A DNA stretch of 64,000 nt, taken from Candidatus Parcubacteria bacterium (GTDB taxonomy: Bacteria > Patescibacteriota > Saccharimonadia > UBA4664 > JBIOIQ01). Numbering within the stretch: the first letter of the stretch is position 1; every line of letters begins with the position of its first letter. Shown here piece after piece: positions 56,369 through 64,000 of the stretch. The DNA lies in assembly GCA_963718875.1 (NCBI GenBank), contig OY970378.1:669373-733372 (forward strand). The letters are read 5' to 3'. A model generated the notes under the pieces. The model did no database searches and was not told the DNA's origin. It was given only the letters and a program-made list of their open reading frames with translations. The position numbers and the translations under genes were made by a program.

Positions 56369-59224
56369 ATGAAGCAATCTGCTCGTCGTGTTGTTAGATC
56401 AGCACGGTCAACTAGAAGTCGATCCTCAACTCCATTAGCGGCTTTTTTGGCTCATTTTAAACCGGCCAATCTCAGGGCTTATTGGTTTAGTCGCCAAGGT
56501 TTAGTAATGACTGCAAAAATTGGTGGTGCAGGCTTCTTAGTTATAGCCTTGACTTTTTTATATGTTGCCAAAGACCTCCCAAACCCAAGCAAGGTTAAGT
56601 CGGTTACTGGCGCCCAAAATACCCGCTATTATGCTCGAGATGAACTTACCAACCCAGGTCATGGAACTTTACTTTGGGAAGATCATGGAGACCGAAACCG
56701 CACCATAATACCTTTTGAGCAAATGCCTAACTCGATTAAGCACGCTACGATTGCCATTGAAGACAAGAATTTTTATAAAGAGGGAGCTTTTAGTTTTACT
56801 GGTTACTTAAGGGCCGCTTATACCGACATTACCAACCGTGGAGTGCGCCAAGGTGGATCCACTATAACTCAGCAATACGTGAAAAATGCTCTGCTTAGCA
56901 ATGACCAGACCTTTAGTCGTAAGATTAAAGAGCTGATCTTAGCGATTGAAATAAATCAGCTATACAAAAAAGACGACATTTTAAAACTTTACTTAAATGA
57001 AATCCCTTATGGCTCTCAATCATACGGAATTCAGGCAGCCGCAAAAACTTTTTTTAATAAAAATGCCAAGGACTTGAATTTGGCGGAAAGTGCTTTGCTG
57101 GCTGCCATCGCTAACCGGCCAAGCTATTATTCGCCTTATGGAGTACACACCGACGAACTATTGTTTCGGCAACACCTAGTGTTAAATGCTATGGCAAAAC
57201 AAGGGTATATCAAGCAGTCAGAGGCCGACGCTGCTAAAAAGGTTGATATTTTGGGCCCTGGAGAACTTTCTCAAACCCCCAATTTAACAGCCGGGAATCT
57301 TGCCCCGCAGTTTGGCTTTTACGCCAAGGATGTGTTGGTAGGCAAGTATAGCACTTCAATCGTTGAGTCAGGGGGCTTGAAAGTAATTACTACGCTTGAT
57401 ATTACGAAGCAACACCAAGCCGAAGAGGCGGTTGACGCTAATATGCGCGCAGTTACTAATGCAGGCGGCTCAAACGCTGCCATAGTGTCGGCTGATCCAA
57501 AAACTGGCCAGATATACGCTATGGTTGGTAGTTATGATTATAATAAAACTGCCTTTAATGTAGCCCTGGCTAACCGTCAACCAGGTTCAAGCTTTAAGCC
57601 ATTTGTATATGCTACGGCTTGGGGCAAAGAGTACAACTATGGACCTGGTACAACTATGTACGATGTTACAACTGACTTTGGAAACTTTATTCCCAAAAAC
57701 TATGACGGGTTGACCCATGGAGTTCAATCTATGCGCACATCTCTGGGAAATTCCTATAACATCCCGGCGGTTAAAACTTTATATATGGCAGGACTTAAAA
57801 AGTCGATCGACACGGCCCATAAGCTAGGCATTACTACTTTATATAACCCTCCTGAGGGTGGGTATGGGCTTGCATTAGTGCTTGGTTCTGGCGAAGTTAA
57901 GTTAAACGATATGGTCAACGCTTATCAAAGTTTCGCTAATGGCGGGCTCCATTATGAAGCAACGCCAATTCTTAAAGTCACTAATGCAAGCGGAAAAGTA
58001 TTGATAGACAACGCCAAGCCAAGCGGTAAACAGGTCCTCGACCAGCAAGTGGCTTACTTAATGAATAGTGTTCTAAGCGACAACGGCGCTCGCTCGGCTG
58101 TGTTTGGTCCAAACAGCCCGCTCGTATTGCCTGGCTATGCTGCTGCAGTCAAGACTGGCACAACAACCAATTACCATGACGCGTGGACGGTAGGCTACAC
58201 GCCAAATCTTATTGCCGGGGTGTGGGTGGGAAATAACGACAATAGCCCCATGACTGCAGGAGGTGTTAACATTGCTGCGCCGATATGGAATACTTATATG
58301 AGGGCCGCCCTTAAAGGAACACCAAACGACCAGTTCAACAAACCCGCGGGTATCCAAACTATTACATTGGATGCTGACACGGGGCGATTGCCATCTTCGG
58401 GCACAAAACGAACTAGGGTTGATGTTTTTCCTTCATGGTACAAGCCGACACCGGCTACAAACACTAGAAGCGCCAAAGTCGATAAAGTTTCGAAGAAGCT
58501 TGCCACAGATTGTACGCCACCACTGGCCATTGAAACTGCCTACTCAAGTGAAATTCACGCAGAAATTCCTTCAACAGACCAAGCTTATAGTCGATGGGAG
58601 CCTCCCGTGGCAGGGCTTGCCGCAAGTTTAGGCTTTGCTCAAGGAGGAACCCTGCCTACGCAGAATGATGACGTTCATAGCTGCGGAGACGAAAAACCAA
58701 CTGTTACAATCACGGCTGCGGGATCTGGCCCAATACGCATTACAGCCACCGTAACTTCCGGAACGTTTCCGGCAAATAAGCTCGATATTAAGCTTGACGA
58801 CCAGGTCATATCTACCCAATCGCCAATCGAAACAAACCCGTATAGTTTTGATTATTCGGCTGCGAGCACTGGTAGCCATACTATAACCGCTACTGTCACT
58901 GATACGGGGCTTTATCAAGCAAGCAGCCAGACTACTGTTATTGTAGCTTCTACCGGAAGCGGATTCGCAGGGATGAGTCCACCCGAAGGTTCGCACCAAG
59001 CAGGAACGGCGGCCTTTACATGGTCTCGTGTCATTGATGCTACTTCTTATCAGTTGTTTGTTACCCGGAATGGGTCTCCATATGCCCCAGCTAATCCGCT
59101 CACTACTACCGGCCAAGCGGCTTTTTTGCCCATAACCCCAGGAATCTATAGTTGGCGTGTCGATGCTTATGACGGAGCCAGTAGGATCGACACTACCCCA
59201 ATTTATAATTTCAGTTCTCCGTAA
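56369..59224 (+). CDS. Class A penicillin-binding protein (PBP1A-type glycosyltransferase plus transpeptidase) with a C-terminal beta-rich extension
   Basis: GT51 motifs (EDKNFYKEGAFS, RQGGSTITQQ), transpeptidase SxxK (SSFKP), SxN and KTG(T) motifs; start chosen at the ATG 56369 with AAGGA Shine-Dalgarno (the ORF track's 56216 start overlaps tyrS). Confidence 0.9.
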   Translation: MKQSARRVVRSARSTRSRSSTPLAAFLAHFKPANLRAYWFSRQGLVMTAKIGGAGFLVIALTFLYVAKDLPNPSKVKSVTGAQNTRYYARDELTNPGHGTLLWEDHGDRNRTIIPFEQMPNSIKHATIAIEDKNFYKEGAFSFTGYLRAAYTDITNRGVRQGGSTITQQYVKNALLSNDQTFSRKIKELILAIEINQLYKKDDILKLYLNEIPYGSQSYGIQAAAKTFFNKNAKDLNLAESALLAAIANRPSYYSPYGVHTDELLFRQHLVLNAMAKQGYIKQSEADAAKKVDILGPGELSQTPNLTAGNLAPQFGFYAKDVLVGKYSTSIVESGGLKVITTLDITKQHQAEEAVDANMRAVTNAGGSNAAIVSADPKTGQIYAMVGSYDYNKTAFNVALANRQPGSSFKPFVYATAWGKEYNYGPGTTMYDVTTDFGNFIPKNYDGLTHGVQSMRTSLGNSYNIPAVKTLYMAGLKKSIDTAHKLGITTLYNPPEGGYGLALVLGSGEVKLNDMVNAYQSFANGGLHYEATPILKVTNASGKVLIDNAKPSGKQVLDQQVAYLMNSVLSDNGARSAVFGPNSPLVLPGYAAAVKTGTTTNYHDAWTVGYTPNLIAGVWVGNNDNSPMTAGGVNIAAPIWNTYMRAALKGTPNDQFNKPAGIQTITLDADTGRLPSSGTKRTRVDVFPSWYKPTPATNTRSAKVDKVSKKLATDCTPPLAIETAYSSEIHAEIPSTDQAYSRWEPPVAGLAASLGFAQGGTLPTQNDDVHSCGDEKPTVTITAAGSGPIRITATVTSGTFPANKLDIKLDDQVISTQSPIETNPYSFDYSAASTGSHTITATVTDTGLYQASSQTTVIVASTGSGFAGMSPPEGSHQAGTAAFTWSRVIDATSYQLFVTRNGSPYAPANPLTTTGQAAFLPITPGIYSWRVDAYDGASRIDTTPIYNFSSP

Positions 59225-59787
59225 TGAGTCCGCAAGAACCCAGGCATTTGTTTATCATAGGTCCGGCGAGTGTTGGAAAGTCTACCGTTGGATACACTTT
59301 AGCGAGACGTTTAAACATTCCGTTTATTGACCTTGACCTAGAGTTTAATGCCAGATTAGAAAGCACCACGGACCACATCGACGCCCGTGGCTACGAAAGT
59401 TATGCGCGGACTAATTCTGCTCTTTTTGAAACACTCCTTGACGAGGCCAAAACCTCCAGCGTCTTTGTCACGCCTGGAGGTTTTTTAGCACATGAGTCGG
59501 TGCCTGATTTGATCCCAAAGCATCTAGAGCTGCTTAAGAACCACGGGGTAACGATCTTGCTTTTACCTGGAGATAATCCAGAAGTCGGGGCCGATCTCGT
59601 GGTCGCCCGGCAGCTAGCTAGGTCTAGGTGGAATGATGATTCAGCAGAGGTTGAAAGACAACGCTTTTTGCGTCGTTTTCATCTATACATTAAGCATGGA
59701 AACATCCAAATTCTCTCGTCAGAGTCACCCTCTAAGGTAGTTACTAAAATTATTAGAGAGCTTAAAAAGCATAAGTGGAATACTTAG
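59224..59787 (+). CDS. Shikimate-kinase-like P-loop NMP kinase
   Basis: GPASVGKSTVG Walker A, FIDLDLEF (DxD), TPGGF (GGG-like) pattern; ATGA overlap with the PBP stop. Confidence 0.5.
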   Translation: MSPQEPRHLFIIGPASVGKSTVGYTLARRLNIPFIDLDLEFNARLESTTDHIDARGYESYARTNSALFETLLDEAKTSSVFVTPGGFLAHESVPDLIPKHLELLKNHGVTILLLPGDNPEVGADLVVARQLARSRWNDDSAEVERQRFLRRFHLYIKHGNIQILSSESPSKVVTKIIRELKKHKWNT

Positions 59788-59806
59788 TAGCTCTAGTAAT
59801 AAACAG

Positions 59807-60856
59807 CTATTTCTTAACCCGGGATTTAGGCTGCAAACTATGACGCTTGTGATTTGACACAGTTTTATCGACCGCAGAAGTGTTTTTGTCTTCTTGTATA
59901 GCTGAGTTAGGCGTGGCAAAGATCATTTTGCCTGCAACCGTTTGAAATACCCGCGTCACTTCTGTGATAACTTCTTGGCCAATTAGCTTATCCCCGTTTT
60001 CGACCACTATCATGGTGCCATCGTTAAGGTAGCCGACCCCTTGGTTTTTTTCTTTACCTAGCTGCACCACCTTAACCACCATTTCCTCTCCTGGCAGTAC
60101 CACTGGACGGATTGCGTTTGATAATTCATTGATATTGAGTACGCGAACACCTTCAATTTGAGCTACTCTGTTTAAATTGAAGTCGGTAGTAAGAATTGGG
60201 ACGTGACGATTCTTGGCCAAACGAACTAACTTTGCATCTACTTCGGCGATTCCAGCCATTTCATCTTCGATGATTTCGATTTTGATTTCAGGGTTATCTC
60301 TAAGCTGATTGAGACACTCCAGTCCTCGACGCCCACGACTACGACGCATGGCATCATCAGAGTCAGCGATGTTCTGAAGCTCAGCCAAGACGAACCTAGG
60401 CACCAAAAGGTTACTTGGGGCAAACCCGGTTAAGGCTATGTCGGCAATCCGCCCATCAATAATTACAGAGGTATCTACCAAAGCAGCGTTGGTGCTCTGT
60501 ATGTCTAGAATATCACCCGTGTCGGATAGGCGCCGCATAAAAGGCAACAAGCTAGCGAATGTATCAGACTGTTTTACGAACGCCCCAATCATTACTGCTA
60601 CGGCTAGAACAGTTACCAGAATAGGAAAAATATTGCTAAATGGTGTCGGTAGGCTGCTTAGGGGTAGACTTAATAATGCGCCTATTAACAAACCAATGAT
60701 TGCCCCGCTTAAACCCAAAATCAAGCTTCGGAATGATAACCGCATTATCCGTACTGCTGCCAAGCCGGCACAGGCCAACAATACAATCACGCCGATAATA
60801 ATAACTGCTTCAGACATGCCATTCTCCTGTGTTTTAGGATTTGGAATTAAGGCCAA
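59807..60856 (-). CDS. PIN/TRAM-domain membrane protein (YacL-like)
   Basis: N-terminal TM helices, PIN domain (VDTSVIIDGRI...), C-terminal TRAM-like beta domain; sits downstream of radA as yacL does in Firmicutes. Confidence 0.7.
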   Translation of the reverse strand: MALIPNPKTQENGMSEAVIIIGVIVLLACAGLAAVRIMRLSFRSLILGLSGAIIGLLIGALLSLPLSSLPTPFSNIFPILVTVLAVAVMIGAFVKQSDTFASLLPFMRRLSDTGDILDIQSTNAALVDTSVIIDGRIADIALTGFAPSNLLVPRFVLAELQNIADSDDAMRRSRGRRGLECLNQLRDNPEIKIEIIEDEMAGIAEVDAKLVRLAKNRHVPILTTDFNLNRVAQIEGVRVLNINELSNAIRPVVLPGEEMVVKVVQLGKEKNQGVGYLNDGTMIVVENGDKLIGQEVITEVTRVFQTVAGKMIFATPNSAIQEDKNTSAVDKTVSNHKRHSLQPKSRVKK

Positions 60857-62162
60857 TTGTTATAGCTTGGCTGATAGTAGTAACTGCCAGCACTTCTTTG
60901 TCGCCGCGAGGGCCTATTGCTTTTGATAAGCCTAGTTTTTGCGCTTCCGCTAAGCGTTTTGTCACCTGCGACACACTTCGCACTTCTCCGCTTAAGCCTA
61001 CTTCGCCAAACACCACCGTGTCACCTACGAGCGGTTGATTTTTAAATGCCGATGCGATCGATAAAATAATTGCAAGATCAATAGCGGGCTCGGCAACCTT
61101 AAGTCCACCAACAATGTTAACATAAATGTCCTGATTGCTCAAATTTAGCCCTGCCCGTTTTGTGAGTACTGCCGCCAGCAGGTTGAGGCGGTTAAGGTCA
61201 AATCCTGAGGCAGTCCGCTTTGGATACCCGAAGACTGTGGTCGAAACAAGTGCTTGGACTTCAACTAACAGCGCTCTCGTACCCTCCAAGGTAGCGGCTA
61301 CAACTGAGCCGGCGTCCGGTTGACGTTCAGCTAGGAGCGCCGCCGAAGGGTTAGCAACATCAACCAACCCTGCCTCAGTCATTTCAAATATTCCGACTTC
61401 GTTTGTAGATCCAAAGCGGTTTTTAATACCCCTTAGCGCCTTGAAATTTCCATATCTATCTCCTTCTAGATAAAGGACGACATCGACAAGATGCTCAAGA
61501 ATTTTGGGACCTGCAATAGAGCCTTCTTTGGTGACGTGGCCAATTATAATCATGGCTGTATCGTGGCTTTTGGCAACGTTTTGAAGCATTTGAGCACTGG
61601 CAGTTATCTGTCCTACGCTTCCGGCTGCCCCCGTAAGTGCCTCTGTTGCCATAGTTTGAACCGAGTCAATCACAACCATCCCGTAATTTCCCGAGGCAAT
61701 TGTTGCAACGACGGCATCGGTGTTGGTTTCGGCCAGTAGGTCGAGCTCGGTCGATGCAAGCCCTAGCCGCTCCGCCCTAAGCTTGATTTGACTAGTTGAT
61801 TCTTCGCCGCTGACATATAAAACTGGTCTTTTCTTTGAAACAGTTGCAGCCACTTGCAGAACCAGCGTTGACTTGCCTATGCCAGGATCACCCGAGAGCA
61901 GTACAACTGAGCCTACAACAAGGCCACCACCAAGAACTTGATCGAGATCATTTGTGCCAGTCAATATGCGAGGGTATCGTGACGAGTCTATATTGGCTAG
62001 CTTTTCTGGAATTAGACTTTGAGTGCCCGACTTTTGACTTTTGGTAAAGGGCGCTGATTCAACCAAAGAATTCCAAGCAGCACATTCTGGGCATTTACCC
62101 GCCCAGCGGGGCGACGTTGCCCCACAACTTTGACAAATAAATTGGGTGGTTGGTTTTGCCAA
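60834..62162 (-). CDS. radA: DNA repair protein RadA/Sms
   Basis: N-terminal C4 zinc finger CQSCGATSPRWAGKCPEC, Walker A GDPGIGKST, KNRFG motif, Lon-like C-terminus. Confidence 0.92.
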   Translation of the reverse strand: MAKPTTQFICQSCGATSPRWAGKCPECAAWNSLVESAPFTKSQKSGTQSLIPEKLANIDSSRYPRILTGTNDLDQVLGGGLVVGSVVLLSGDPGIGKSTLVLQVAATVSKKRPVLYVSGEESTSQIKLRAERLGLASTELDLLAETNTDAVVATIASGNYGMVVIDSVQTMATEALTGAAGSVGQITASAQMLQNVAKSHDTAMIIIGHVTKEGSIAGPKILEHLVDVVLYLEGDRYGNFKALRGIKNRFGSTNEVGIFEMTEAGLVDVANPSAALLAERQPDAGSVVAATLEGTRALLVEVQALVSTTVFGYPKRTASGFDLNRLNLLAAVLTKRAGLNLSNQDIYVNIVGGLKVAEPAIDLAIILSIASAFKNQPLVGDTVVFGEVGLSGEVRSVSQVTKRLAEAQKLGLSKAIGPRGDKEVLAVTTISQAITIGLNSKS

Positions 62163-62262
62163 GTTCTAGCCCATTAACTTGTTAAGTGTACCGAACAAAT
62201 CGCGAACATGCAACTTTTGTTTACCTGGCTCATTGCACTCAAGCGGCGTCATCTCACAAAAG

Positions 62263-64000
62263 CTACTCTGCGGCTGTATGAGCCAAGGAGGCTGGCTCTA
62301 AGTGCAGCTTTTCGCCTCTGCGGGTAATTTCTACCATGTCTCCGCTTTTTACTCGTAGCCCTAATAGCTCTCCCGCCAATGGGTCTTCGATGTAGTCCTG
62401 AATTGCGCGCCGCATTGGACGAGCGCCGTTGTCTAGGTCGTAACCTTTTTCCATTAAAAAGGTTTTGGCCGAAGGAGAGACTTTTAACTCAATTTGCTGT
62501 TCCTTGAGTCGAGTTGCTAGATCGGTTAATTGTAGGTTCAAAATGCGCTTAATATCATTTTTACTTAGGCTGCGGAATACCACTACTTGGTCGATGCGGT
62601 TTAAGAACTCTGGGCGGAAGGTTTGTTTTAAATCACTCATTACCTTGGTTTTGATTTGCTCATGTACCTCATCAACCTGACGTTCGTCGTCTTTTGTAAG
62701 GGCCTTGAAGCCCATTTTGGCTTCACGATACATATCGCTGGCGCCGACATTACTTGTCATAATAATGATGGTGTTGCGGAAGTCAACTTTTCGCCCCTTG
62801 GCATCACTAACAAAGCCGTCTTCTAAAATTTGAAGTAGCATGTTAAATACGTCTGGGTGGGCTTTTTCAATTTCGTCAAATAGTATCAGGCTGTAAGGTT
62901 TACGTCGGACAATTTCAGTCAACTGCCCGCCATCCTCGTAACCCACGTATCCTGCGGGTGCTCCGACTAATCGAGCGACATTGTGCTTTTCCATAAACTC
63001 GCTCATATCAATCTTCACCAAGGCGTCTCGATCATGGAACATTTCTTCGGCTAATTGGCGCGCCAGTTCCGTTTTACCTACACCGGTCGGCCCCAAAAAA
63101 ATAAATGATCCAATAGGGCGACGGCTGTCGCTAATGCCTGTTCGGCTACGACGGATAGCCCTGGATACGACCCCCACTGCCTCGGTTTGGCCAACTACGC
63201 GCTTATTCAAGGCCTCATCAAGCTTTATTAGGCTTTCAGTTTCAGTCTTAATTAAGCGAGTTAAAGGTACTCCCGTAACCATACTGATAACCTCAGCAAT
63301 CTCTTCGCCGCCAATGACAATCGGCTCTCCACTAGCACCTTCACGTAAGCGTTGGGCAGTTACTTTTTGCTCCATAATGCTGGCTTTTGTCTTAAGTCGG
63401 GCAGCAAGCTCAAAATCTTGATTTTCAACAGCCTCTTCGATATCAGCGTAAATATCAGATAGTTGTTTTTGCAACCCTCGTGAAACTTTGCCATTTCCGC
63501 CTCTTTTAATACGCGCGAGCGATGAGGCTTCGTCTATGAGATCTATGGCTTTGTCTGGCAAAAAGCGGTCGGCAATGTAACGTTTGGCTAGCTTGGCAGC
63601 CTGTTCTACGGCTTCATCACTTATAACAACGCGGTGGTGATGCTCGTACGCACCTCGAATACCGTAAAGCACCTCGATTGTCTCTTCCACAGTAGCTTCA
63701 GGAACAATGATTGGCTGGAAGCGACGCTCTAAAGCTGCATCTTTTTCGATGTACTTGCGATATTCATCCATAGTTGTCGCGCCTACTGCTTGAATTTCTC
63801 CACGGCTAAGTGCGGGTTTCAAGATATTAGCAGCGTCTATGGCACCTTCCGCTGCTCCAGCCCCGACGACCGTATGAAGCTCATCTATAAACAAAATAAC
63901 ATCAGGAGAAGCCTTAGCTTCGTCCAATATCTTCTTCAATCGTTCTTCGAATTCTCCCCGGTATTTAGTGCCTGCGATAACACTGGCTAGATCAAGCATT
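62263..64000 (-). CDS. clpC: ClpC-type AAA+ chaperone ATPase, C-terminal ~580 aa (gene continues beyond the window end)
   Basis: End of D1, short UVR-like middle region, full D2 with [16 protein letters not shown] and the sensor-2/C-terminal domain; the ORF is open to the window edge. Confidence 0.85.
   Translation of the reverse strand, partial: MLDLASVIAGTKYRGEFEERLKKILDEAKASPDVILFIDELHTVVGAGAAEGAIDAANILKPALSRGEIQAVGATTMDEYRKYIEKDAALERRFQPIIVPEATVEETIEVLYGIRGAYEHHHRVVISDEAVEQAAKLAKRYIADRFLPDKAIDLIDEASSLARIKRGGNGKVSRGLQKQLSDIYADIEEAVENQDFELAARLKTKASIMEQKVTAQRLREGASGEPIVIGGEEIAEVISMVTGVPLTRLIKTETESLIKLDEALNKRVVGQTEAVGVVSRAIRRSRTGISDSRRPIGSFIFLGPTGVGKTELARQLAEEMFHDRDALVKIDMSEFMEKHNVARLVGAPAGYVGYEDGGQLTEIVRRKPYSLILFDEIEKAHPDVFNMLLQILEDGFVSDAKGRKVDFRNTIIIMTSNVGASDMYREAKMGFKALTKDDERQVDEVHEQIKTKVMSDLKQTFRPEFLNRIDQVVVFRSLSKNDIKRILNLQLTDLATRLKEQQIELKVSPSAKTFLMEKGYDLDNGARPMRRAIQDYIEDPLAGELLGLRVKSGDMVEITRRGEKLHLEPASLAHTAAE

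Noticed and set aside
1-64000. CRISPR arrays, rRNA genes and additional tRNAs
   Set aside because: No regularly spaced direct repeats, no 16S/23S/5S-like conserved blocks and no further cloverleaf candidates were seen in the few non-coding gaps. Only the tRNA-Leu at 51454-51539 is supported.

Overview
This 64-kb window is a bacterial chromosomal segment dominated by the translation/transcription core, almost all on the minus strand. The sequence, roughly 45% GC by eye, shows one tRNA and no rRNA or CRISPR. Reading the minus strand from high to low coordinates, the core genes are: clpC (3' part), radA, a PIN/TRAM yacL-like gene, tyrS, recG, rsmD, tRNA-Leu(UAG), tig, clpP, rpoB, rpoC, rpsL, rpsG, an ABC-F ATPase, fusA, tuf and rpsJ. 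After an ~11.5-kb accessory region come the S10/spc/alpha ribosomal-protein operons (rplC through rplQ, including secY, infA, rpmJ and rpoA), then rplM-rpsI, an RCK-domain channel-like gene and rluD. The ribosomal cluster lacks rpmD (L30) between rpsE and rplO, lacks adk/map between secY and infA, and has rpsJ attached to tuf rather than to rplC. These are the hallmarks of reduced Patescibacteria/CPR-like (possibly Saccharibacteria-like) genomes. The region between rplC and rpsJ (about 16.3-27.8 kb) holds most of the unusual content: two apparently complete IS elements (an IS1595 family element with target-site duplication sitting 7 bp from the putative rplC operon -35 box, and an IS481 family element with TGT-initiated IRs and a split transposase); a frameshifted Rpf-like transglycosylase; a two-nuclease-domain protein (PD-(D/E)xK plus DEDDy-like); a surface protein with a sortase-type sorting signal; SIMPL, CYTH, NUDIX and RarA genes; a ~700-bp non-coding stretch with two intrinsic terminators; and a diverged 11-codon copy of the rpsJ 3' end next to the real rpsJ terminus. 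rpsJ itself is interrupted by a frameshift in an A7 homopolymer. Other points of interest are an ABC-F gene plus a structured inverted-repeat element inside the str operon, three small membrane genes between tuf and fusA, an L24 carrying a C4 zinc ribbon, a PAP2 phosphatase/lipid-kinase-like/flippase-like triple-domain membrane fusion, and a CIRCE-like palindrome in front of clpP.
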